A stretch of DNA of 56,086 nucleotides from Spirochaetales bacterium. GTDB taxonomy: Bacteria > Spirochaetota > Spirochaetia > Sphaerochaetales > Sphaerochaetaceae. Under the pieces are notes generated by a model. The model searched no databases. It saw only the letters and a list, made by a program, of their open reading frames with translations, and was not told the origin of the DNA. Of the stretch, positions 35,759 to 45,161 are shown in pieces; within the stretch, counting starts at the first letter, position 1, and every line of letters begins with the position of its first letter. The position numbers and the translations under genes were made by a program. The stretch is taken from positions 1 to 56,086 of the forward strand of contig JAAYFO010000111.1 of NCBI GenBank assembly GCA_012728215.1, given 5' to 3'.

Positions 35759-36994
35759 TTGATGGAGAAATATTGTAGATTTCAACTTACCAGGGGGTTG
35801 ATTTTGAATCAGAATTCCAAGAACAAAATTCTTCTTTATGCTTTTCTTGCCGCAATCGTAGCGGTATTCTTCATACCTGTGCCAATCTGGGCAAAGGCCG
35901 CGATTTCTCTGACACTGGTACTGGTGTTCGTTTACCTGAGAAGGTCATTCATGTTCTTCGTCATGGGTGCCAAGAAGATGGAGAAGAAGGACCAGCGTTG
36001 CTGGGATCTGTTCAAGAAAGCCATCAAGGCAAATCTTCCCGCCACGCAGGCTATCTATGTTGCGACTGCCTTCATCAAGCAAGGTGACCCGGACTACGGC
36101 ATTCAGGTATGCCGTGACATCATTGCCCGAAAACCTGGCAGTGAGGATGCCAAATCAGCCACTGTTACTCTTTCGATGGGGCTTTGGGTGAAGAATGAGA
36201 TAGACGAGGCCATAAGTCTTCTTTCAGATTTGAAGAATAACGGATACAGCAACAAGACATTGGACATCAATCTTTCAACATATCTTCTGGAAAAGGGCGA
36301 TACAGCCGAAGCACTCAGGATAATCAAGGAATCGGAAGATGCCGGCACTATCTCCCATGGAATGCTGGACAACAAGCTCTGGGCCTTCATCTTGAAGGGA
36401 AGATTCGATGATGCGCTGCCAATCGTTTCCGAGCTCATGGAAGAAAGGAAGCCAAAATTCCCTGAAGCTTATCTTCACAGTGCCCAGGTGATGATTCACC
36501 AGGGGAGAGTGGACAAGGCAATTGAATATCTTGATGACGCAATTGGACAGAGGTTCTCACTCAACGGCACCATGGGACAGGCATATCTGGAGAGGCTTTC
36601 ATCAGGCCTGAGCGACAAGGCCACACGAAAGGCCTATGCAGCGGCTATGAACCACAACACTGCACTTCTGGCCAGAGGAAAGGACTTCGACATTGATCTG
36701 AACGAAGGTGCTGACTACGATGAAGTCTCAGAATCACAGATACTCAAGGAAAAGAGAGTCAAGAAGCAGGAAAGCAATGCCAAGCTCAATCACAGTATTT
36801 CTGATGACCTGGACAATGACAGGGAGCCCAACACCGACCTGACCGAAGATGACATCGATTGCTATAGCGATGTTGAAGATGATTCAGACGATATCAGCGA
36901 CGAATCACTGGCAATAGACCCTGAAGATGAGAAGGCGCTGAACACAGACGTCTTGGAAGAAGACGAACGTGAGCCGAACACCGACGTTTTCTGA
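35759..36994 (+). CDS. Membrane-anchored TPR-like protein with an acidic repeat tail
   Basis: Two N-terminal TM helices and a helical repeat region. The C-terminal D/E-rich tail has a repeated REPNTD motif. The start is uncertain (TTG/ATG at 35759-35764, or a TTG after AGGGGG near 35804). Confidence 0.6.
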   Translation: MMEKYCRFQLTRGLILNQNSKNKILLYAFLAAIVAVFFIPVPIWAKAAISLTLVLVFVYLRRSFMFFVMGAKKMEKKDQRCWDLFKKAIKANLPATQAIYVATAFIKQGDPDYGIQVCRDIIARKPGSEDAKSATVTLSMGLWVKNEIDEAISLLSDLKNNGYSNKTLDINLSTYLLEKGDTAEALRIIKESEDAGTISHGMLDNKLWAFILKGRFDDALPIVSELMEERKPKFPEAYLHSAQVMIHQGRVDKAIEYLDDAIGQRFSLNGTMGQAYLERLSSGLSDKATRKAYAAAMNHNTALLARGKDFDIDLNEGADYDEVSESQILKEKRVKKQESNAKLNHSISDDLDNDREPNTDLTEDDIDCYSDVEDDSDDISDESLAIDPEDEKALNTDVLEEDEREPNTDVF

Positions 36995-37030
36995 GGCTGA
37001 TTCCATTCCTTATCTGAATGGAGGATAGAA

Positions 37031-38566
37031 ATGCAATTCATAAAGAAGCTATTCAAGCTGCTTACAGGCAGACTCTTCATTTCCATCATTCTTATAATCA
37101 TACAGCTTGCAATAGTCGCCTTCTTTTTTCTGGAATGGGGATACAATTACTTCATAGTAAGTGAAATCATTGGTGTGTTGATTGCCATTTGGATTTCCAG
37201 CAATAACTCCAACCCATCATACAAGATTGCATGGATACTCCTCGTATTGTCACTTCCGGTATTCGGATCACTTATGTATCTGCTGTTTGGAAACAAGAAG
37301 CTTGGAAAATGGGCACGTCACAAGATGCGTTCATATTCTGAAATCTGCAACAGAACCAGAGTGGAACAACTTCCAGGCAGAACTGAAGTGGATATGATTT
37401 CTGATGACAATCATAGACGCCAGTCCAGATACATCAGCAAGATAGGTCAGGCAGACCTGTTCAGCGGCACCAAGACCACATTCTTCTCGCTTGGGGAACG
37501 GGCTTGGGCAGTATTGCAGAAGAAGCTTCTTATGGCCAAGCACTTCATATTCATCGAAACCTTCATCATAGCTTATGGAAAGATGCTCGACAGGCTTCTG
37601 GATATTCTAAGGCATAAGGTCAAAGAGGGCGTGGAGGTGTTTCTCCTGTACGATGACATGGGAAGCATCAACACAGTGTCATGGAAATTCGACCGGGTGC
37701 TGAAAAGCTATGGAATCCATGCAAGCAAGTTCAATCCCCTGCATCCTCGTCTCTCTGCCCGTCTCAACTACCGTGACCACCGCAAGATCTGCGTCATTGA
37801 TGGTGACATCGCCTTCAACGGAGGAATCAACTTCGCCGATGAATACATAAACCGAAGCATCAGATTCGGGCATTGGAAGGATACCGTCATTATGCTTGAA
37901 GGACCTGGCGTCTGGAACTACACTCTCATGTTCATACAGCTGTGGACATTCTGCATGCATGACGAAAAGCCTGTGATCAACATCTCCAGATTCCTGCCGA
38001 CTACGGCATATGCAGATGATGGGTTTGTCCAGCCATTTGGAGACAGTCCTCTGGATGACTACAATGTGAGCGAGAATGCCTATATTCAGATGATAAACAG
38101 TGCAGATCGCTATGTCTGGATAACCACACCATATCTTATTCTTGACAATGAGATGATCATTGCCCTCACCGTCGCCGCCCAGAGTGGAATCGATGTAAGA
38201 ATCGTCACACCGCATTATCCTGACAAGAAGACTGTCTTCAACCTTACTCAGGCAAACTACAGACGGCTGGTGCAGGAAGGAGTCAGGATATTCGAATATT
38301 CGCCAGGTTTCATTCATTCAAAGGTATTCCTTGCCGATGACAAGCTTGCCATCGTAGGAACTGCGAATATGGATTACAGATCATTCTATTTGAACTTCGA
38401 GTGCGGCACACTCCTCATGGGGTGTTCCTGTCTGAATGACATCAGAAAGGACTTTGAGGAGACATTCGACCTAAGCAAGGAGATAACGATTGATGAGATC
38501 CGCAAAACCGGTACCTTGAAGAAGATCTGGCGGAATCTGCTCAATCTGGCAGCACCTTTGCTCTAG
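37031..38566 (+). CDS. cls: Cardiolipin synthase (PLD superfamily)
   Basis: Two N-terminal TM helices and two HKD motifs (HRKICVIDG..GGINF, HSKVFLADD..GTANMD). GGAGGA Shine-Dalgarno. Confidence 0.9.
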   Translation: MQFIKKLFKLLTGRLFISIILIIIQLAIVAFFFLEWGYNYFIVSEIIGVLIAIWISSNNSNPSYKIAWILLVLSLPVFGSLMYLLFGNKKLGKWARHKMRSYSEICNRTRVEQLPGRTEVDMISDDNHRRQSRYISKIGQADLFSGTKTTFFSLGERAWAVLQKKLLMAKHFIFIETFIIAYGKMLDRLLDILRHKVKEGVEVFLLYDDMGSINTVSWKFDRVLKSYGIHASKFNPLHPRLSARLNYRDHRKICVIDGDIAFNGGINFADEYINRSIRFGHWKDTVIMLEGPGVWNYTLMFIQLWTFCMHDEKPVINISRFLPTTAYADDGFVQPFGDSPLDDYNVSENAYIQMINSADRYVWITTPYLILDNEMIIALTVAAQSGIDVRIVTPHYPDKKTVFNLTQANYRRLVQEGVRIFEYSPGFIHSKVFLADDKLAIVGTANMDYRSFYLNFECGTLLMGCSCLNDIRKDFEETFDLSKEITIDEIRKTGTLKKIWRNLLNLAAPLL

Positions 38567-38598
38567 CAATCCATCTTCGATTCAAATAAACTGAGTTC

Positions 38599-39531
38599 AT
38601 GAAAACACGAAAGATCATCAAGGGTCTAAGGCCTATGTCAGCCATCGTCATGGGATGTGACCACATGGGCGAAGCCATTTCTATCAATCAGGCTCTCTCA
38701 GAGCTGGAACTATATGCTTCATGCGGAGGAAACGTCCTGGACACAGCCAGGTCATATGCTCTGATAGATGGAGTTTCGATAAGTGAAAAGACAGTTGGGG
38801 AATTTCTCAGGTCGTCCGGCTGTCGTCATGAGATGATTGTGATGACAAAGGGCGGACGTGACATCGAACCGTTCTCAGACTATCTGAAAAAAGCCAGGGA
38901 AGACTATCTTTCCAGCTGTGATCAGCTGGGTACGGTTCCTGATGTGTGGTTCCTTCACAGGGACTGCCCTTCACTTCCAGTCGCCGAAATCATTCAATAC
39001 TGCACATCATTTCTCCAGGGCTCACTTCTTGGTCTGTCAAACTGGAGCCCATCCCGGTTCACCGAGGCTATGGCGCAAGGCTCTCCTGCAATATCGGAAA
39101 TCCAGTTCAGCCTTGCACCATCCACTCCTCAGCTTCATGGCGACAGCACACTGGTCTGCATGGACCAAGAGAACCGAAGATTCTACAAGGCCTCGCAGAT
39201 CCCGGTCCTTGCCTATTCATCCCAGGCAAAGGGGTATTTCTCCAAGCTCATTGCAGGAACAGACCTGAGTGCCAAGGCCAAGCAGCGTTTTGACAATCCA
39301 ATTTCACAGGAGAGAGTTTCCAGAGTGCAGTTCCTTGGCAGACAGCTTGATGTCCCGCCGGCGGCAATAGTCACTTCGTACATTGCATCGCAGAAAGACT
39401 TTCCGGCCTTCCCGATTGTAGCGGGCTCTTCACTTGCACAGTTAGAGGAGAGTCTTCAAGGTGGCGATGTCGAGCTCAGCTCATCGCAGATTGCCTATCT
39501 TGAATCATCTGCCTCAAATCTTGGAGACTAG
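38599..39531 (+). CDS. Aldo/keto reductase family oxidoreductase
   Basis: AKR-like N-terminus (LDTARSYA) and ~310 aa length. Confidence 0.75.
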   Translation: MKTRKIIKGLRPMSAIVMGCDHMGEAISINQALSELELYASCGGNVLDTARSYALIDGVSISEKTVGEFLRSSGCRHEMIVMTKGGRDIEPFSDYLKKAREDYLSSCDQLGTVPDVWFLHRDCPSLPVAEIIQYCTSFLQGSLLGLSNWSPSRFTEAMAQGSPAISEIQFSLAPSTPQLHGDSTLVCMDQENRRFYKASQIPVLAYSSQAKGYFSKLIAGTDLSAKAKQRFDNPISQERVSRVQFLGRQLDVPPAAIVTSYIASQKDFPAFPIVAGSSLAQLEESLQGGDVELSSSQIAYLESSASNLGD

Positions 39532-39533
39532 CC

Positions 39534-40112
39534 ATGGAACAAGTCATTGACGAAAAGAAACAGCTGAAGCTGCTCATTGCCTCCGACCTTCACGGAAGTG
39601 CCTATTGGACACGCCGTCTGGTTGAAAGATTCCAAGAGGAATGCTTTTGCAAGCTGGTGCTTCTGGGAGATATTCTCTATCACGGCCCACGCAATGATCT
39701 TCCACGGGACTACAACCCTAAGCAGGTCATTGAAATGCTCTCCCCGCTCGCATCGAAGATCATCTGTGTCAAGGGAAACTGCGAAGCTGAAGTCGATCAG
39801 ATGGTCCTTCCCTTTGATGTCAGCTCTGAGTATGCAACAATCTTCGATGGTGAAGCAGATCTGGTCATGCACCTGCATCATGGGCACAACCACCAGCCTC
39901 CTGCCGCCAGGGGAGATGCCGTTATCTCTGGTCATACCCATGTTCCGGTTTTGGAAATTGTGGATGGAATAATTCATCTGAATCCCGGTTCCGTCTCCAT
40001 TCCGAAGGGTGGAAGCATCAACAGCTACGCCGTGTACCAAAATCAGCACTTCTCGATTCGGAGTTTTAATGGTACTATGAGTATGGAGGTCGCTAATGAA
40101 GACAAGAACTGA
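39534..40112 (+). CDS. YfcE-like metallophosphoesterase (MJ0936 family)
   Basis: Motifs SDLHGS, LGDILYHGPRN, GNCEAEVD and SGHTHVP. Confidence 0.85.
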   Translation: MEQVIDEKKQLKLLIASDLHGSAYWTRRLVERFQEECFCKLVLLGDILYHGPRNDLPRDYNPKQVIEMLSPLASKIICVKGNCEAEVDQMVLPFDVSSEYATIFDGEADLVMHLHHGHNHQPPAARGDAVISGHTHVPVLEIVDGIIHLNPGSVSIPKGGSINSYAVYQNQHFSIRSFNGTMSMEVANEDKN

Positions 40113-41469
40113 ACACGACAGCATGGGGGAGATCCAGGTACCTGTGGATAGATACTGGGGAGCCCAGACACAAAGGAGCAAGCAGAACTTCCCTATCGGA
40201 GTCGGTCATGAGACAATGCCGGAGGAGATCATCTCGGCTTTTGCACATCTTAAGAGTGCTACGGCACAGGCAAACAGGGCTTTCAAGCCCAAGATGACCG
40301 AGGAAAAGGAAAAAGCCATTGTGCAGGCTTGCAACGACATACTGAATGGCAAGCTGGAGGGGAACTTCCCTCTGGTGGTATGGCAGACAGGAAGCGGCAC
40401 ACAGACAAACATGAATGTCAACGAAGTGGTGGCAAACAGGGGTAATGAAATCGCTGGAACAAAGCTCCTTCATCCTAATGATGATGTGAACATGAGTCAG
40501 AGTTCCAATGACACCTTCCCAACAGCATTGCACATAGCGACCACCAAGCTCGTTGTACAGAAGGTACTGCCCAGTCTTGATGTACTCATTGCAGCATTTT
40601 GCAAGCTTGAGAAGGAGAATGAGGGCATTCTCAAATGCGGGCGAACTCATCTTATGGATGCCACCCCGGTCACATTCGCACAGGAAATCAGCGGATGGCG
40701 TGCAAGTCTTGAACAGGATCGCAAGCTCATTGAGAACAACGTTCCTCAGCTTGCCCAGCTGGCAATTGGCGGAACAGCAGTCGGAACAGGACTCAATGCC
40801 CCAAAGGGATTCGACAAGGCTGTCTCCGACATTCTGACCAAGGACATCGGCATCCAGTTCACACCGGCACCTAACAAGTTCCATGCACTCACATCACATG
40901 GCGAGATCACCGCTATGCACGGAGCTCTCAAGGCGCTTGCTGCAGACCTGATGAAGATTGCAAATGATATCCGCTGGCTTGCAAGCGGTCCTAGAAACGG
41001 ACTGGGAGAGATATTCATCCCGGCAAACGAACCTGGGTCATCGATAATGCCAGGAAAGGTCAATCCCACCCAGTGTGAGGCTGTGACCATGGTGGCAGTG
41101 CAGGTCATGGGCAATGATACGGCAATCGGCATAGCGGCGAGCCAGGGAAACTTTGAACTCAATGTCTATCAGCCAGTCACTGCTTATAATTTCATCCAAT
41201 CTGCACGGCTTCTCTCAGATGTGATGCTGGCATTCACTGAACACTGTGTCAGCGGAATCAAGCCCAACAAGGCAAAGATGGATCATGATCTCCATGCTTC
41301 ACTGATGCTTGTCACGGCAATCAGTCCGATAATCGGATATGAGAACGCTGCCAAGACAGCACATCTTGCACTCGAAGAGAACCTGACCCTCCGTCAGGCA
41401 TGCACCAAGCTTGGTTTCATGACCCCCGATGAGTTTGATGCGGCTTTCAAGCCAGAGAAAATGGTCTGA
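40096..41469 (+). CDS. fumC: Class II fumarate hydratase
   Basis: N-terminus RTEHDSMGEIQVP and signature GSSIMPGKVNPTQCEA. Confidence 0.95.
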   Translation: MKTRTEHDSMGEIQVPVDRYWGAQTQRSKQNFPIGVGHETMPEEIISAFAHLKSATAQANRAFKPKMTEEKEKAIVQACNDILNGKLEGNFPLVVWQTGSGTQTNMNVNEVVANRGNEIAGTKLLHPNDDVNMSQSSNDTFPTALHIATTKLVVQKVLPSLDVLIAAFCKLEKENEGILKCGRTHLMDATPVTFAQEISGWRASLEQDRKLIENNVPQLAQLAIGGTAVGTGLNAPKGFDKAVSDILTKDIGIQFTPAPNKFHALTSHGEITAMHGALKALAADLMKIANDIRWLASGPRNGLGEIFIPANEPGSSIMPGKVNPTQCEAVTMVAVQVMGNDTAIGIAASQGNFELNVYQPVTAYNFIQSARLLSDVMLAFTEHCVSGIKPNKAKMDHDLHASLMLVTAISPIIGYENAAKTAHLALEENLTLRQACTKLGFMTPDEFDAAFKPEKMV

Positions 41470-41492
41470 TCAGCAGGTCATCATATGACATC

Positions 41493-41528
41493 ATTCAGCC
41501 CTTTCGTCGATTCAAAAGGGCTGAATTT
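41493..41528 (+). terminator. Probable terminator of fumC
   Basis: ATTCAGCCCTTT and AAAGGGCTGAAT form a 12-bp perfect stem with a 10-nt loop. The T-run is short (TTT). Confidence 0.55.
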
Positions 41529-41594
41529 CGTCAAGGCTGAAGATGAGAAATGCATATTGCGATCTCTATTGGGTAAGCTTTTGTCATAATCTGA

Positions 41595-41639
41595 GAAAAA
41601 AGAAAAGGTATAAGTTGCACTGTAGTGACAACTTATACC
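41595..41639 (-). terminator. Rho-independent terminator after tRNA-Leu
   Basis: GGTATAAGTTG and CAACTTATACC form an 11-bp perfect stem, followed on the minus strand by TTTTCTTTTTTC. Confidence 0.8.
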
Positions 41640-41649
41640 AATAAATCCC

Positions 41650-41733
41650 TACCGGCAAACGGACTTGAACCGTTACGATATCGCTATCAATAGATTTTGA
41701 GTCTATCGTGTATACCAATTTCACCATGCCGGC
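41650..41733 (-). tRNA. tRNA-Leu: tRNA-Leu (anticodon CAA), long variable arm
   Basis: Hand fold: acceptor GCCGGCA/TGCCGGT (G-U at 1:72), D stem GTG/CAC, anticodon stem ATAGA/TCTAT with loop CTCAAAA, 15-nt variable arm, T arm AACGG-TTCAAGT-CCGTT. Confidence 0.9.
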
Positions 41734-41745
41734 AAAACTGAATGC

Positions 41746-41774
41746 ATTCTAGAATATTTCTGCCAAAAATGCAA
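41746..41774 (-). promoter_or_regulatory. Sigma-70-like promoter for tRNA-Leu
   Basis: On the minus strand: TTGCAT (41769-41774), 17 nt, TAGAAT (41746-41751), 12 nt before the tRNA 5' end. Confidence 0.6.
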
Positions 41775-41838
41775 CAGAAGGTATAACTAAGCTTGAACTT
41801 ATTGTATAATCATAGAAAAAGGAGGCTTCCTTTTCGTT

Positions 41839-43899
41839 ATGAGGAAAATTCGAATCATTCTGATTCTTCTTCTTTGTAGTATATCCGTCCCTGCATTTGC
41901 TGTGGATGACAACCTTCTGCTTGCCAACGTACATATAATCTATGGGGAAGAGAATTTCAGGCAGAGAATCGAAGAGCGGACAGGTGGAACAAGAGAACCT
42001 ATCGGTCTGGTGCTTTCTGGAGGCTCTGCCAGAGCGTTTGCACATATCGGTGTACTGAAATACCTGGAGGAACAGGGAATAGTACCGGACTTCATAATAG
42101 GCAACTCCATGGGAAGCATCATCGCACTGATGTACAGTGCGGGACTGTCTCCTGACCAGATCCTTGAAGTCTGCTCTGAGATCAACATAACCGAGCTGTT
42201 CTCCATCTCTCTTCCAATCAACAGCGGAGTCCTGGGTGCGGAGAAATTCAAATCATACGTCAGGCAGTTCATCCCCAAAGGAACAATGATCGAGGAACTG
42301 TCGATTCCAGTGATGATAGTGAATGAGGACCTCGTCACCAAGCGCCAGATATGGATAACTGAGGGTGATTATGCCGAAGTGATGTCTGCAAGCTTCGCAA
42401 TTCCTGTCTATTTTGACAGTGTTGAATATGGAAACCATATCCTCATTGACGGTGGATTTGCCAATCTTGCACCGCTGGACATTGCCTATAACTATTCATC
42501 GTTCAATATCATTTCCACCACATTCTATAGCAATACCAGTCTGAATCTGAAGAACCCGATAACAGCGTTGAACGTAAGCATCGATATTGGGAAGACAAGA
42601 CAGGGAATCAAGGACATACAGGCTCATAGCGATGATTCCATCTGGATCAGGTGCGATGTGGAGGGTTTCTCTTACATGCAGTTCTCTGCATTGAACGAAA
42701 TCGCACAGCGTGGTTACTTAAGTGCCAAAAATTCAATGGAAGAAGCTAAAGCACAAAAAAGGATGAAGAACACTCCCCACGGTGGAATTACCTCCGACAT
42801 GATAAAGACAAGAAACCAATTCGATGAAAGAATTGCCACATTCAGAAAGAAATATGCATATTACAACCATGTCGGTTATTCTGAATTCAACCATTCGCTA
42901 TCTGTAGGAGCAAAGAGCTTCGCATATCCCAACGACCCTTATCTGCTTCGTGATGACACAATGCTTGGACTACAGTACTCCCTCGCTTACAGCGACTGGA
43001 CGGCAAAGTTCCTTGCTGGGTTCTCATGGCAGGCCTTCAAGTTCGGAATTGCAACTCCGGCATTCAACTTCATGAATGAGTATCTGGCATTTGACGCTCT
43101 GAAGCTTGAGACGAATCTGAGCTTCTTCTTTGACCCCAAGACCATTTACAGCACGTACAATCCAATATGCTATCTGTCTCAGGGAATCTTCTATACCCTT
43201 CCAGTTCTGGCCGACAATCGATTGATGATCAAGACTGTATACGAGATGGTGAACAACTACGACTCAAAGAAGAACACAATAACCAACTGGAATGGCCTGT
43301 CTCACCTGATCACAGTCTCTGGAACGATGACATACAGAAAGGACCTGTACAAGACTCTGATTGAGGTCGGTTCCAACATGTCCATCTGGAATGACAGCTT
43401 CAAGGCATTCGCATTTGGAAAATTCAAGTCTGAAGGCAAGTTGATATCCAACTATCTGAAGATATCAGGCGATATCATCGGACGATTCGCCGTGGATGGA
43501 CTTGGAAACGTTCCATTCTTCATGGGAGATGGTTTCAGGACACTCAATTCTGAGATACTTACCCAAGGCAGTCATCATACTGGCACCAACAATCCGTCCA
43601 ACGTCATGGTGTCAGCCACCTTCGAAGTCGGGGTTGATCCAAGCCCTGGGAAGACAATGACAATGGGAGAGATATTCATCTTCCAGGATCTCAACATAAT
43701 GGCTTACTGCAATCTGATCTGGTACAAGAGAAAAGGTTCCTTCCTGGAGTCCTTGGAACCAGCTATAGGTGCTGGGATTGAGCTCAAGACAGAAATAAGT
43801 CTTATTGGCCTGAGAACTTTCTCTTTGAACGGGTATTTGGGATACGATGGTCCCAACAAGGGTATCTGTGGTGGATTCCTGATAGGAACTGCGGAATAA
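41839..43899 (+). CDS. Secreted patatin-like phospholipase with a large beta-rich C-terminal domain
   Basis: Signal peptide MRKIRIILILLLCSISVPAFA, oxyanion motif SGGSARA, nucleophile GNSMG, IDGG Asp motif. The remaining ~400 aa are rich in alternating aromatic residues. Confidence 0.8.
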   Translation: MRKIRIILILLLCSISVPAFAVDDNLLLANVHIIYGEENFRQRIEERTGGTREPIGLVLSGGSARAFAHIGVLKYLEEQGIVPDFIIGNSMGSIIALMYSAGLSPDQILEVCSEINITELFSISLPINSGVLGAEKFKSYVRQFIPKGTMIEELSIPVMIVNEDLVTKRQIWITEGDYAEVMSASFAIPVYFDSVEYGNHILIDGGFANLAPLDIAYNYSSFNIISTTFYSNTSLNLKNPITALNVSIDIGKTRQGIKDIQAHSDDSIWIRCDVEGFSYMQFSALNEIAQRGYLSAKNSMEEAKAQKRMKNTPHGGITSDMIKTRNQFDERIATFRKKYAYYNHVGYSEFNHSLSVGAKSFAYPNDPYLLRDDTMLGLQYSLAYSDWTAKFLAGFSWQAFKFGIATPAFNFMNEYLAFDALKLETNLSFFFDPKTIYSTYNPICYLSQGIFYTLPVLADNRLMIKTVYEMVNNYDSKKNTITNWNGLSHLITVSGTMTYRKDLYKTLIEVGSNMSIWNDSFKAFAFGKFKSEGKLISNYLKISGDIIGRFAVDGLGNVPFFMGDGFRTLNSEILTQGSHHTGTNNPSNVMVSATFEVGVDPSPGKTMTMGEIFIFQDLNIMAYCNLIWYKRKGSFLESLEPAIGAGIELKTEISLIGLRTFSLNGYLGYDGPNKGICGGFLIGTAE

Positions 43900-43908
43900 G
43901 GTAATCAT

Positions 43909-45036
43909 ATGGGTCGTAACGCAATTCTTGAGAAGCATCATCAAGACGATGAGAAGCTTTACGGAAACGGCAGGGATATCCTTCTGCACTGCTGTTGCGG
44001 TCCTTGTTCCACCGCCAGTCTGGAAAGGCTTCTTGAGCTTGATTGGAAACCTGTTCTGTTCTTTGGAAACAACAACATATATCCATCCAATGAAAATGAC
44101 AAACGCTACGATGAGCTGCTAAAGGTTGCAAGGCTGCATGACCTTCAGGTGATCAGAGCCCCCTATGACCATGCAAACTGGCTGGAATACATAAAGGGGC
44201 TTGAGAACTGTCCTGAGCATGGCGAAAGATGCATTCGGTGCTTCGAGTACAATCTCAGACAAGCTTATGAAGAGGCAGTTCTTCTTGGAATCAGTCATTT
44301 CACTACCACTTTGACTGTCAGCAGATTCAAGAGCAGCAAAGCAATCTTTCAAGTCGGAGAGAGTTTTGAGGGTTTCACACCAATAGACTTCAAGAAAAAG
44401 GACGGCTTCAGCAGATCAGTATTGCTCAGCAAGCAGATGGGACTCTATCGCCAGCAATACTGCGGATGTGAATTCTCAGATTTGACTTCAACAGAAAACT
44501 TGAATATCTTGGATAAGGAGGATAACTCGATGCAGGAAATATTCAATCGCAGAAGCATAAGAGATTTTTCGAACCGCAAGGTCGAACGAGAAAAGATAAA
44601 CAGGCTGCTTGAAGCCGCCATGCAGGCGCCTTCGGCTCAGGACCAGCGGGAGTGGTGCTTCGTAGTGGTTGATGATCCTGAAAAGCAGACACTTCTCTCA
44701 AGAGTCAGTCCATATTCAAGGATGATAGCCAAGGCCCCGGTCACGATTGCAATCCTATGCGACACCAGCAAGCTCAAGAGTCCTGATTACTGGGAGCAGG
44801 ATCTGGGTGCGTGTACGGAGAACCTCTTGCTGGAAGCGACACATCAGGAGCTTGGCGCCTGCTGGATGGGCATGGCCCCAATGCAGGACCGAATGGATTC
44901 AATAAGTTCAATCCTTGGGCTTCCTGATTTCATCAAGCCTTTTGCACTTGTTGCCGTGGGCTATCCCCAGGAAGGTAAAGGAAACCGTTTCATCGACAGA
45001 TTTGATCGTTCTCTGATACACTTCAATCAGTGGTAG
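43909..45036 (+). CDS. queH: Epoxyqueuosine reductase QueH (DUF208) fused in frame to a nitroreductase-family domain
   Basis: The QueH signatures are LLHCCCGPCS, CIRCFEY and YRQQYCGCEFS. From aa 208 there is a nitroreductase fold (IFNRRSIRDF, AMQAPSAQDQ). An internal AAGGAGG lies 8 nt before the in-frame ATG at 44530. Confidence 0.8.
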   Translation: MGRNAILEKHHQDDEKLYGNGRDILLHCCCGPCSTASLERLLELDWKPVLFFGNNNIYPSNENDKRYDELLKVARLHDLQVIRAPYDHANWLEYIKGLENCPEHGERCIRCFEYNLRQAYEEAVLLGISHFTTTLTVSRFKSSKAIFQVGESFEGFTPIDFKKKDGFSRSVLLSKQMGLYRQQYCGCEFSDLTSTENLNILDKEDNSMQEIFNRRSIRDFSNRKVEREKINRLLEAAMQAPSAQDQREWCFVVVDDPEKQTLLSRVSPYSRMIAKAPVTIAILCDTSKLKSPDYWEQDLGACTENLLLEATHQELGACWMGMAPMQDRMDSISSILGLPDFIKPFALVAVGYPQEGKGNRFIDRFDRSLIHFNQW

Positions 45037-45161
45037 CCTCCGCATTCAAACATTAATATCCAATCAGACCGCAGGTGATTCACAGCATTGATAATTAGTG
45101 CTATGGTCTCAACAGCTGACATCGAAAATCCGGTTTCAGCGATTGAGCCGGAGAGGAATCA

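Noticed and set aside
41486-41590. 34-codon ORF (MTSFSPFVDSKGLNFVKAEDEKCILRSLLGKLLS) in the fumC / tRNA-Leu spacer
   Set aside because: It spans the fumC terminator hairpin, has no Shine-Dalgarno and has no distinctive composition. It is most likely non-coding.
41650-45036. tRNA-Leu-adjacent genes (patatin, QueH fusion) as a possible integrated genomic island
   Set aside because: There is no integrase, no direct repeat of the tRNA 3' end that I could find, and no mobility genes. Both tRNAs have their own promoter and terminator and look like ordinary chromosomal loci.
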